Source: Candidatus Nanoarchaeia archaeon (GTDB lineage Archaea > Nanobdellota > Nanobdellia > Pacearchaeales > GW2011-AR1). Taken from it: 64,000 nucleotides of DNA. Made by a program: the position numbers and the translations under genes. The stretch spans positions 60 to 64,059 of the forward strand of contig JAQTOY010000002.1 of assembly GCA_028713045.1 (NCBI GenBank), read 5' to 3'. Shown here in pieces: positions 35,275 to 44,153 of this stretch (the stretch's first letter is position 1; each line of letters opens with the position of its first letter). The notes under the pieces were generated by a model. It searched no databases, had not been told where the DNA came from, and saw nothing but the letters and a program-made list of their open reading frames with translations.

Positions 35275-36492
35275 TTATCTTCTGCTCAACATCTGGTCAA
35301 CAAAATTTCCAACTCTCATTCTCATAACATTTCCGGGAAGAACAATTGATGGAGGAGGATTATATCCTCTTTCTCGCATTCCTTCGAAAATTCTTTCTCT
35401 CCAGTATTTTTGTTGACTCCCCGGTTCAATATCTGGAAAGTCTTCAAGAACACCCTCTGGAGAATATTGTTCAAAAACTTTTCTAAAAATCTGGCCAGTA
35501 ATATGCTCAACCCCTCCATCCATTACAAGAGCATCAACTTGTCCAGTATTGCAAATATTCATAGCAGTACAAATTCCAAATGCGGCAAAGACATTTGTTC
35601 CCCCATATTTTCCAAGAGTTGCAAGTTCATCAGCAACTTTTTTTCCAAGTTTCCCAACTGTACCGCCAGGGTTGAGGAAATAATCTCCAGTGTCTTCAAT
35701 AACTAATACATTATATGTTCTTGAAGAAGCTTTTCCCGGAACTGAATAAACCATGCAATCAGGAAATTTTTCAATTAATGGAACAGTCCGGTCATTTTTA
35801 TTTCTAATTCTATTAGCATAATCTGTTATTTTTCTAGTCTCAATTTCAGAATGTCTAACCATGCCTTGTTCATGCTCTCTTCTTATTGCCTCAAGCTCAA
35901 ATTCAGTCATTGCTTTAACCTTATCAACATCTCCTGCTTGCATTGCTTCATTTATAGTCCTATTCTTGCATAAAATTGGAGGTAATTTAAATCCTCTTTC
36001 TTTAAGTGAACACATAATCGCAAGATAAACCGATTCATAAAAACTATCGGAGCCATCCGGACGTCTTAGGGATTCTAAGGTGACTGTTTCATAGTCCATA
36101 TAACCATATGACCCAACATTCATACCTCCAATCGCATGAACTAAACTTATTATTCTCTCTCTATCAACTATTCTTGGATCTTCATTTATTTTACTATCAT
36201 TAAGAAATGTTGAAAGGCTTCCCGAACTCTGAAAAATTATTTCATCATCAAACATTATTTTATATTTTTGTTGACACCATCTATCTACTCCCCCTCTATG
36301 AAGTTCCCTCTTAAAGTTATGCTGAAAATCTACGTGATATCCTCGCCCCAATCTTAGAGTTTCTCGAAATTTTATTTCTCTTCTAATTCTTCCATCAAAT
36401 TTTTGAGGTTTTAATACTAATTCTGCTTCTTGATGTGTAACTGCTGATAAAACCTCTAATGAGTCTCTCAAAGTATCTTCTAAGTCTTCCAT
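35275..36492 (-). CDS. hypothetical protein (orphan class), 405 aa; weak receiver-like C-terminal segment
   Basis: Intact ORF. NVLVIEDTGD...VDALVMDGGVEHITGQIF is only loosely CheY-like. Confidence 0.6.
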   Translation of the reverse strand: MEDLEDTLRDSLEVLSAVTHQEAELVLKPQKFDGRIRREIKFRETLRLGRGYHVDFQHNFKRELHRGGVDRWCQQKYKIMFDDEIIFQSSGSLSTFLNDSKINEDPRIVDRERIISLVHAIGGMNVGSYGYMDYETVTLESLRRPDGSDSFYESVYLAIMCSLKERGFKLPPILCKNRTINEAMQAGDVDKVKAMTEFELEAIRREHEQGMVRHSEIETRKITDYANRIRNKNDRTVPLIEKFPDCMVYSVPGKASSRTYNVLVIEDTGDYFLNPGGTVGKLGKKVADELATLGKYGGTNVFAAFGICTAMNICNTGQVDALVMDGGVEHITGQIFRKVFEQYSPEGVLEDFPDIEPGSQQKYWRERIFEGMRERGYNPPPSIVLPGNVMRMRVGNFVDQMLSRR

Positions 36493-36570
36493 AGTATCTA
36501 TTATAAGAATTCTTTTTAAGACGTTTTTAAATCTTTTGAAATTGAATATCGGACATTAATTAATAAATAT

Positions 36571-36921
36571 TCAGGGATTTTTTCTTTCTAAAGATTTTAC
36601 AGATCCAAGTGAATAAGCAGTATAGCTAGTAACATCTCCTTTATCTGGGATTGACTCTGAAAATAAAAGCATAATCTCTCCGGTTCTAGATGGATCATAA
36701 ACTCCTAAGGCATAACCTCTATAAACCGGACTAGTATCTGTAAGAACTTCTCCCTTATGTAAACCATTTTGAATTTCTAATCCTTGAACCGTGGAGGTAG
36801 TATCATCAAAGGTTAAATATACTAATCTTCTTCCAACCCCTCTTCTTTTAATAACCGGAAAACATTCTCTAGCTATTGGTAATTTTTCCCCAAAGAGCTT
36901 TCTTAATTCTCTAGATTCCAT
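36571..36921 (-). CDS. hypothetical protein (orphan class), 116 aa
   Basis: Intact ORF directly downstream of EF-2 on the same strand. Confidence 0.5.
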   Translation of the reverse strand: MESRELRKLFGEKLPIARECFPVIKRRGVGRRLVYLTFDDTTSTVQGLEIQNGLHKGEVLTDTSPVYRGYALGVYDPSRTGEIMLLFSESIPDKGDVTSYTAYSLGSVKSLERKNP

Positions 36922-36984
36922 TCTTTTAAAATAAATATTTGATTAATAAATGTTATTGTATCGAAAGAACTCTTTTAAAACTTT

Positions 36985-39180
36985 TTACTCATTCTCAGCC
37001 ATTCCTTTTCTATCTCTAATCTTCTTTACAATCATTGGCTGAATATTCCCCGGAACTCTTTCAAATGCCTGATCAACCATGCTGAAAGTTCCTCTTCCTT
37101 CTGTTGCGCTTCTTATTGCGCTTGCCAATCCAATCATTTCAGCAACAGGCATTTTTACTTTTATGATGACATGTCCTGCACCTTGTTCAATATCAATAAC
37201 CTGCCCTCTTCTTCCTGAAATCAATTTTGTCAAATCTCCCATATGCTCCAAAGGTCCTTCCATCAATAATGTCTGAACAGGCTCAAATAAAACTGGTGTT
37301 GCAGTTCCAATGCTCATTCTTATTGAATCTCTTACCGCAGGGTAAACCTGGGCCGGTCCTCTGTGAATAGCATCTTCATGTAGTTTCATATCAACAATGG
37401 AAATTTTTAATTTAGTGCACGGCTCTCTTGCAAGAGTTCCAGCATCAATTACTTGTTCAATTCCATCCATTATCATTTCAATTACCTCTCCAATATGAAC
37501 TTCTCCCTTGACTTTGTTTAATATAGCACATTCTTTGTAAATCTCAATATATTGTCTTACCTCTTCATTACTGCATCCTAAATCATTCAACTGCTTCCAT
37601 ATTTCTTCCTCTCTTTTCTTGAATCTTCTTTCAGGAAGTTCTCTTTTCTTGATTGCTTCATAAACAGCATCCTCCAAAGGTTCAACTTCAATAAAAAAAT
37701 AGTTGTGCTTGTTTGGCGATTTTCCTTCTCCAGTCTGTCCTTTTTTCATGACGGTTTCTCTGTAAACAACAATTGGCTCTGAAGTTTTTACTTCAACTCC
37801 TTTTTCTGTTTTTATTCTGTTTTCAATGATTTCAAGATGCAGTTCTCCCATTCCACTCATAAGATTCTCTCCAGTTTCTTCATTAATTTCAATTTTCAAA
37901 GTTGGATCTTCTTTTGCAACTTTTTTCAAAACTTCAATTAATTTTGGTAAATCTTGAGGTTTTGGAACTGAAATTGATTTTGTAATTACTGGATCAAAAA
38001 TATGTTTTATACCTTCAAAAGGCTCCTGTGGTTCTAAAGTTATGGTCTCTCCTGGCTGTGAAACAACTCCGGTTATTGCAAGAACATTTCCAGCTCCAAC
38101 TTCTTCCAATTGCTCAGGTTTTATTCCATTATAGACCAATACCTGCTGAATTTTTTGTTTTTTCTTATCATTATTAAGATAAACATCCATTCCAGCCCTT
38201 AAAGTTCCTGAGAACAATCTTCCAGCATTAATTTCTTTTCCACTTTTTGATTCAATAATCGTGTTTGTGATTACAAAAGCAACTTCTGCTTTAGGGTCAC
38301 AATTAATCAAACCTTTTCCAAATTCGCTTTCAGGATCTCCAGGCCATATTTTTGGAATCCTATATTTTTGAGCTTCAAGTGGTGATGGCAGATGTTTGAC
38401 AACAGCATCCAATAAAACTTCAAATAATGGCGCTTTGTCCCAGACCCATTTTTTTCTTTCTTCCTCACTCATGCTTCCATCATATAATGAAATAACATCC
38501 TTAAAACCAACTCCTTTCTTTTTCATGAAACCTACGGATAATGCCCAGTTGTCTCTAGCGCTTCCAAAGATGACGCTTCCATCAGCAACATTGACTTTCC
38601 ACTTTTCCCTGAATTGAGGTTCTGCAATCTGTTCAATCAATAGATTAAACTGATTGATTATTTTCATGAATCTTTCCTGCATTCCTTCAGGAGTAAGTTT
38701 CAGTTCTTTTATCATCCTGTCAACTTTATTTATAAAAAGTATTGGTTTTACTCTTTCACGCAAAGCCTGCTTCATGACCGTCTCTGTTTGAGGCATTATC
38801 CCCTCTGAAGCACAAACTAATACAATTGTTCCATCAATTGCCCTCATAGCTCTTGTGACATTTCCTGAAAAATCAACATGTCCAGGAGTATCAATCAGGT
38901 TAATCAAATATTCATTTCCTCCGAACTCATGAGCCATTGAAACATTTGCAGCATCAACAGTCAATAATCTTTCCTGCTCATCTGAATGCTGCCAAGTTGC
39001 CATTCCTCCCTCCAAATCTCCAGCAAGCTTCTCGCTCATCATTCCAGCGGCAGCAAGAAGGTTGTCAGTAAGCGCAGTTTTTCCATGATGGATATGCGCT
39101 GAAGTAGCGATGTTTCTAATATGGTTCTGGGTTGCAATCAATCTCTTGATTTTCTCGAATGGTGTTTCTTTCTTTGCCAT
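36985..39180 (-). CDS. fusA: translation elongation factor aEF-2
   Basis: AHIHHGKT, DTPGH, NKVD and the diphthamide-loop HEDAIHRGPAQ. Confidence 0.95.
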   Translation of the reverse strand: MAKKETPFEKIKRLIATQNHIRNIATSAHIHHGKTALTDNLLAAAGMMSEKLAGDLEGGMATWQHSDEQERLLTVDAANVSMAHEFGGNEYLINLIDTPGHVDFSGNVTRAMRAIDGTIVLVCASEGIMPQTETVMKQALRERVKPILFINKVDRMIKELKLTPEGMQERFMKIINQFNLLIEQIAEPQFREKWKVNVADGSVIFGSARDNWALSVGFMKKKGVGFKDVISLYDGSMSEEERKKWVWDKAPLFEVLLDAVVKHLPSPLEAQKYRIPKIWPGDPESEFGKGLINCDPKAEVAFVITNTIIESKSGKEINAGRLFSGTLRAGMDVYLNNDKKKQKIQQVLVYNGIKPEQLEEVGAGNVLAITGVVSQPGETITLEPQEPFEGIKHIFDPVITKSISVPKPQDLPKLIEVLKKVAKEDPTLKIEINEETGENLMSGMGELHLEIIENRIKTEKGVEVKTSEPIVVYRETVMKKGQTGEGKSPNKHNYFFIEVEPLEDAVYEAIKKRELPERRFKKREEEIWKQLNDLGCSNEEVRQYIEIYKECAILNKVKGEVHIGEVIEMIMDGIEQVIDAGTLAREPCTKLKISIVDMKLHEDAIHRGPAQVYPAVRDSIRMSIGTATPVLFEPVQTLLMEGPLEHMGDLTKLISGRRGQVIDIEQGAGHVIIKVKMPVAEMIGLASAIRSATEGRGTFSMVDQAFERVPGNIQPMIVKKIRDRKGMAENE

Positions 39181-39368
39181 ATTAAAATTTATGTTTTTGA
39201 GCAGTTGTTTTACTATTAATTCTTAGAAGTTGTTAACACTGAGAAAATCTCTCATAAGATTTTCGAGGTGATCAAGAACTTGCACTCAGGTTTTAACCCG
39301 AAGTTCTTGACAACTAATAATATAATATTTATCAATAATAAAACAGGTTTAAAAATCTTACTAAACCC

Positions 39369-39836
39369 CTATTGTTGTTTGGGTTCGATACTTAAAATGT
39401 CTATACTTGTTAACTCATCTGCTATTTTTTCAAGTTCTGCACCAGTTTTATAAGTAACATCCCTTTTTTCAACATACCTAATCTTTACAACCTCGCCAAT
39501 ATCTCGAAATTCTTTTTTATTAACTTCTTTAATATAAGTTCCATCATTTATCCGAATATACAAAAAAAATCTTTCAGGTTGTGAAACTTCTATTGGAACT
39601 TTATGCGAATGATGATTCTTAAAATATCCGTAAGAAATTTCAACTTCTTTTTTTATTTCAAACCCCGGAGAGTAGCTTCTTCCAATAACCCTGGCTTCGC
39701 TCGCTCCATCAACAGATTCTGTCTTGACAATTGTTGCATTAGGATTAAAAGACGGTTCTGTTTCTTTTTTTGCATTTTGAGAACATCCCAACAAACAGAC
39801 CCCTGCAAAAACCAAATTTAATAATTTTAATTTCAT
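39369..39836 (-). CDS. putative lipoprotein
   Basis: Signal peptide with lipobox: MKLKLLNLVFAGVCLLGCS. Confidence 0.6.
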   Translation of the reverse strand: MKLKLLNLVFAGVCLLGCSQNAKKETEPSFNPNATIVKTESVDGASEARVIGRSYSPGFEIKKEVEISYGYFKNHHSHKVPIEVSQPERFFLYIRINDGTYIKEVNKKEFRDIGEVVKIRYVEKRDVTYKTGAELEKIADELTSIDILSIEPKQQ

Positions 39837-39885
39837 TTTGTTTTAATTGATTTCTATTTTATCATAGAACTATTTTTCAAAGAAT

Positions 39886-40455
39886 TTAATCAAAGGTCCA
39901 TGATAAAGGTTCATGATTTTGAGAGTAACCTATTTCCAATCTTTTTTTATGAAACATTACTCTATGCGGAAACTGATTTGCGGCCCTAAGGACTCTTCCA
40001 AGATCCATCTTTGCCGGAATTTGTGTTAATCCAAATCCATTTCCTAGACTCATTTCATCGGTTAATTTCTTATGATTCATAGCATCAACAAGTTCTCTGG
40101 TTAAAGCATGACCCGATGTAAGAAGCATAAAATAAGTTCTCCAAGCGGGCTGACCTCTTAGAGTCGGTCTTATTCTATAAACAGTTTCTGGAACCTCATA
40201 AGCTGCGGCTTGAGTTTCATCAATTGATGCTTGGACAATTGGCGTAAGACCTTGAGAGTCAAAATTAAGCAAATCTAAGGAATCAAGTTTTCCAGAATTA
40301 CCATATCTCCAAATTAAAGCAGACCTGTGACGTTCATAACAGCGTGCCAATACAAAAACCGGATTTTTTTCAGCAACAATTATTAATTTATCATCACCCA
40401 AATAACCCCTGTATTGAGGGCACTCTGAGGTTTCATCTGTCATGAAATTATTCAT
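39886..40455 (-). CDS. hypothetical protein (orphan class), 189 aa
   Basis: Intact ORF between S7 and EF-2 on the same strand. Confidence 0.55.
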   Translation of the reverse strand: MNNFMTDETSECPQYRGYLGDDKLIIVAEKNPVFVLARCYERHRSALIWRYGNSGKLDSLDLLNFDSQGLTPIVQASIDETQAAAYEVPETVYRIRPTLRGQPAWRTYFMLLTSGHALTRELVDAMNHKKLTDEMSLGNGFGLTQIPAKMDLGRVLRAANQFPHRVMFHKKRLEIGYSQNHEPLSWTFD

Positions 40456-40511
40456 AATAAATTTGTTTAAAAAGAATTATATAATTAAAGATATACTTTT
40501 GATAATTAATT

Positions 40512-41174
40512 TTATCTAGCAGAATCTGCCTGTTTCTCAGAATCTTTCTTTTTTGCCATTGCATAGCTGTCAGGTTCAGCATTGTAAGTCTTGATTATCT
40601 CATCGGCCAATGCCTGTTCTATCTTAGTTTTTTTGTTGAAAGATTTGTCATAACTTCCCTGTACTATTGTTTTCATTGTCTGGGTTACTCTTCTCGATGG
40701 AGAGATATCAACTGCCTGCGGATATCTTGCTCCGCCATACTCAATTACAGTTATTCCATCCCTTGGAGCTGAGTTTTCAATAGCAGTTACAAAAACCTGG
40801 ACTGGATTTTTCTTAGTTTTTTCTTCAATTATTTTAAAGCAGTTAAGTACTATCTTCATATTCTGCGAATATTTTCCAGACTTCCAGCTTGTCTGTATCT
40901 TATGTTTTTTTCCTCTATGTCCGGGAACTGCAATAAGATTTGCGAATAATTCAATGACATTAATTTTGCCTTTTGAAAATTTTTCTCTCACTCTTCCATA
41001 ACTTTTAACAACGAGTTTTGGTTCAAGATTGATGTATCTTTTCATTCCAGGGTCATTTACCTTTACTTCTGAAACATCGTATAATCCAAATAGTTTAAAT
41101 GCCAAAGGGTTTGATTTTTCAACTAATTCTGCTTCTTCATTCTCTTCATTTATTGTTTCTTGTTCAGTTTCCAT
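40512..41174 (-). CDS. rps7: 30S ribosomal protein S7 (uS7)
   Basis: KLFGLYDVSEVKVNDPGMKRYINL and the C-terminal uS7 core, with an acidic N-terminal extension. Confidence 0.9.
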   Translation of the reverse strand: METEQETINEENEEAELVEKSNPLAFKLFGLYDVSEVKVNDPGMKRYINLEPKLVVKSYGRVREKFSKGKINVIELFANLIAVPGHRGKKHKIQTSWKSGKYSQNMKIVLNCFKIIEEKTKKNPVQVFVTAIENSAPRDGITVIEYGGARYPQAVDISPSRRVTQTMKTIVQGSYDKSFNKKTKIEQALADEIIKTYNAEPDSYAMAKKKDSEKQADSAR

Positions 41175-41176
41175 TT

Positions 41177-41413
41177 TTATCTTGGTAATTTTTTTATTAA
41201 GCCTAAGTTTTCAGGAAATACTTCCCACATCTCTTCTTCTAAAGAGCTTTCCTTCGCTTCTGGAGTTAAAGGTCTTCTGGTTGGACCTTGTTGCGGAATA
41301 TAATCTTCTCCAGGATTATTATCGCCATAAAGATTTCTTGGATCCATTGGATCAGTTGGACTCTTTCCAGTATAATCTGGTTTTCCATCATTTTTATCGT
41401 CATCATCTCCCAT
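41177..41413 (-). CDS. hypothetical acidic/Pro-rich small protein (orphan class), 78 aa, probably disordered
   Basis: ORF fills the S12-S7 spacer exactly, leaving 2-nt and 5-nt gaps. Confidence 0.45.
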   Translation of the reverse strand: MGDDDDKNDGKPDYTGKSPTDPMDPRNLYGDNNPGEDYIPQQGPTRRPLTPEAKESSLEEEMWEVFPENLGLIKKLPR

Positions 41414-41418
41414 CTTAT

Positions 41419-41655
41419 TTAAGCAGCCCTCCCATATAATACATAGTCAAAAACTTTTCGAGTTAAAAATCTGTTTCCATGTTCATCTTGAACATGATAA
41501 ACATTATGAGGATTATTAATCTGAGCCCATAATCTAATTTTTAATCGAGGGTCTCGATTATAGTTTACTGCAATAGTTCCTCTAAAATGTCGGTCCCTTG
41601 CACATTCATCAAGCTCTTCTACACTCTGAACTATTCTTATTTTTGATTTCGTCAT
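41419..41655 (-). CDS. hypothetical small protein (orphan class), 78 aa
   Basis: ORF starts 1 nt after the S12 stop codon. Confidence 0.5.
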   Translation of the reverse strand: MTKSKIRIVQSVEELDECARDRHFRGTIAVNYNRDPRLKIRLWAQINNPHNVYHVQDEHGNRFLTRKVFDYVLYGRAA

Positions 41656-41656
41656 T

Positions 41657-42079
41657 TTATCTTCTACCTTTTTCTATCTTGCCTTTCCACAATAATTTCA
41701 AAGGCTGATCATTTACTTTAATAACTTTCCATCTGACTCCAGGAATATCTCCTTTGCTTCTTCCCTGCTTTCCGCCAATTCTTTCAATTATAACTTCATC
41801 ATGTTCATCAATGAACTTTTGAGCTAAATTTCCAGGAATGAATGCTGTAACAGTCCGGGAGTTTTTTATTAGTTGGACTTTGCAGCATTTCCTCATTGCA
41901 GAATTTGGCTGTTTTGCTTCCTTTTGCACTTTTTCAATAACAATTGCCTTTCCCTGGTTTTTTCCACCAAGAGGGTCTGATTTTTTGAAAAGATTTAGAG
42001 TCCTGACTTTGTAAGCCCTGTCATGCCATCTGAATTTCCTTCTGTTCTTCATTAATTTTGTTGCGTTTCTTAGTCCCAT
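41657..42079 (-). CDS. rps12: 30S ribosomal protein S12 (uS12)
   Basis: [16 protein letters not shown] and [10 protein letters not shown] conserved blocks. Confidence 0.95.
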   Translation of the reverse strand: MGLRNATKLMKNRRKFRWHDRAYKVRTLNLFKKSDPLGGKNQGKAIVIEKVQKEAKQPNSAMRKCCKVQLIKNSRTVTAFIPGNLAQKFIDEHDEVIIERIGGKQGRSKGDIPGVRWKVIKVNDQPLKLLWKGKIEKGRR

Positions 42080-42326
42080 CCGAATATGTCTATAATTGAG
42101 TATATAGAATAATAATTAATTAGTAAATAGGTTTAAAAAGTTATTGTTTTAAACCCAAGATAAAACTTATCATTAATATTCAAAATTAAGAGTTATGTTG
42201 GGGTCGATTGTTATTGCTTCTATCACATCTCTTCAATTTTTTCACTTATTTTACACTTCATAACTTGCATAACAATAATTATATAATCTAGACATAAACC
42301 TTAATAAGTCGCTTGTTAAAGAAATC

Positions 42327-42746
42327 TCACTTTATCCTTACACTTCTTATGTCAAAATATTGTTTAAGAATGTTCTCCATCTCTCCCAATCTTACTTTTT
42401 CTTTTCCAATCAGGGATGCCTTGCTTTGCGGCCCGGCATTTATGATAACTTCATCATCTTGAATTTCAATTGACTTGAATCTGACAGGTTTTGTTATTAT
42501 TGAAACAAAATTTTTTATATCCGGTCTTCCAAGGGGTATTGCAACAATTTTTATTTTTTTGCCAATTATCTGGCTTAATTTTTCAAGATTTCTATTCTGA
42601 AGACCTATTGCTTTCTTGACAAGACCTTTTGGAACAACAAAAATTATCGTATGATTATATTCAAAACAATGGTTTGTCCGAACATTTGTTATCTTAGTGA
42701 ATAAATTTGCATATCTTATGAACTGCATATCTAAAACTTTTATCAT
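42327..42746 (-). CDS. nusA: archaeal NusA-like protein (two KH domains)
   Basis: Size and position next to S12. KH-type GLVKKAIGLQNRNLEKL and LIGKEKVRLGEM. Confidence 0.8.
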   Translation of the reverse strand: MIKVLDMQFIRYANLFTKITNVRTNHCFEYNHTIIFVVPKGLVKKAIGLQNRNLEKLSQIIGKKIKIVAIPLGRPDIKNFVSIITKPVRFKSIEIQDDEVIINAGPQSKASLIGKEKVRLGEMENILKQYFDIRSVRIK

Positions 42747-42924
42747 CGGAGATTATGTTTTTATTTTAAATAAAAAATATTTTTATATTCTTTTAAACCC
42801 AAGTCAGTTTTTAAATGTATCGAATAAGATTTTAAAAAGGATTAAACTTCTATATAAAAGAACAAGGAATCTAATATGAATAAAATAAATAATTTTTAAA
42901 TAGCAATCGCGGATAATAATTTTT

Positions 42925-43881
42925 ATGAAAATTTCATTTTTTTTGATAGATAAAGCTGAAGAAGATATAATAATAAATAATTTTAAAGAGCACTCTATTA
43001 AAATTTTTTCAGAACCCTTAAATCTAAAAAATTTGGTAGAAGTTAAAGATTCGGATATAATTGTTTCAAAAGCAGTTTTTCTTAATTTAGAATTTGATAG
43101 AAATACTCTTAAAAACTTTCCAAATCTTAAGATGATATCGACAATGTCGACAGGTTTTGATCACATTGACTTAATTTATTGCAAGGAAAAAGGAATTTTT
43201 GTATCTAATGTTCCATCTTATGGGGAAAAATCTGTAGCAGAATTCACCTTCGCCTTAATTCTTTCATTGCTTAAACAAATTCCAAAATCCATTAATCAAA
43301 TAAATGGAAGGAGAGTTGATTCAAAAGAAATAACAGGATCTGATTTAAATGAAAAAATTATAGGGGTGATAGGTACAGGTAGGATTGGTCTAAATGTTAT
43401 TAAAATAGCAAAAGCATTTGGATTAAAAGTTCAAGCATATGACATTTTTGAAAATCAAAAAGCAATCCAAGAATTAGGGTTTGATTATATTCCTTTAAAC
43501 GAGCTTTTAAAAAATTCGGACATAATCTCATTTCATGCGCCTTTGAATGAACAGACTTATCATATTTTAAATAAAAATAATATATCTTTATTAAAAAAGG
43601 ACGTTGCAATAATAAATACTGCTAGAGGCGGATTAATAGATACTTCTGCTTTAATAGATTTTTTAAGAAATAATCCTGAAAGTCTTGCAGGGCTGGATGT
43701 TTTTGAAGGAGAGTCTAATATTCTAAGCAGTAATGAATTAAAGGATCTTCTTGAATTAGATAACGTATTAATAACCCCGCACAACGCTTCAAATACAAAA
43801 GAAGCAAAACAAAGAATGTTAGACATAACAATAAAAAATGTTTTGAATTTTATCAAAAGCAAACCATTAAACCTAGTTTAG
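42925..43881 (+). CDS. D-isomer-specific 2-hydroxyacid dehydrogenase (NAD-binding)
   Basis: GVIGTGRIGLNVIKIAKAFGLKVQAYD, NTARGGLID, LDVFEGE and ITPHNAS. Confidence 0.85.
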   Translation: MKISFFLIDKAEEDIIINNFKEHSIKIFSEPLNLKNLVEVKDSDIIVSKAVFLNLEFDRNTLKNFPNLKMISTMSTGFDHIDLIYCKEKGIFVSNVPSYGEKSVAEFTFALILSLLKQIPKSINQINGRRVDSKEITGSDLNEKIIGVIGTGRIGLNVIKIAKAFGLKVQAYDIFENQKAIQELGFDYIPLNELLKNSDIISFHAPLNEQTYHILNKNNISLLKKDVAIINTARGGLIDTSALIDFLRNNPESLAGLDVFEGESNILSSNELKDLLELDNVLITPHNASNTKEAKQRMLDITIKNVLNFIKSKPLNLV

Positions 43882-44153
43882 TTTAAGGTATATTACGGGT
43901 TTTGTGATATTAGAAGATAATTTATCTAAACTTTCTTTAAAATATATGTAATGTTAACTATTTGATCCTCTCCATCCAAAAAACATTCTATAATCTTGTC
44001 TTTAACTTCATAACTTATAATTTTAGGTCCATTATGAATCTTAATTAATTCTCCTTTCGATAAAGGTATTCCTCCTTGGAGAGCTTGAAGTTATTTGTTA
44101 TCTTCACCTTCAATCAAAATCTTTGTATTTTTCTTTATCATAATCAGAAAAAT

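Noticed and set aside
39282-39318. Perfect 10-bp hairpin TCAAGAACTT...AAGTTCTTGA in the 188-nt spacer upstream of EF-2, considered as a regulatory leader or terminator
   Set aside because: It is a single isolated stem between a gene end and the next promoter. Archaeal termination does not require hairpins, and I have no evidence for a riboswitch-like fold.
43897-43909. 13-nt exact match GGGTTTTGTGATA (43897-43909 = 16112-16124), considered as a third copy of the upstream element or a CRISPR-like repeat (GTTAAAAAC...)
   Set aside because: Exact 13-mers are expected by chance many times in 64 kb of A/T-rich sequence. The flanks do not align. There is no regularly spaced repeat-spacer array anywhere in the window, so there is no CRISPR call.
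43930-44141. Small minus-strand ORF in the gap after rpoA: MIKKNTKILIEGEE-stop, followed in the +1 frame by 54 open codons (LQALQGGIPLSKGELIKIHNGPK...)
   Set aside because: It would need a frameshift. The longer frame has no start codon and no recognisable family, and it is not L30e. At most it is a decayed gene remnant.
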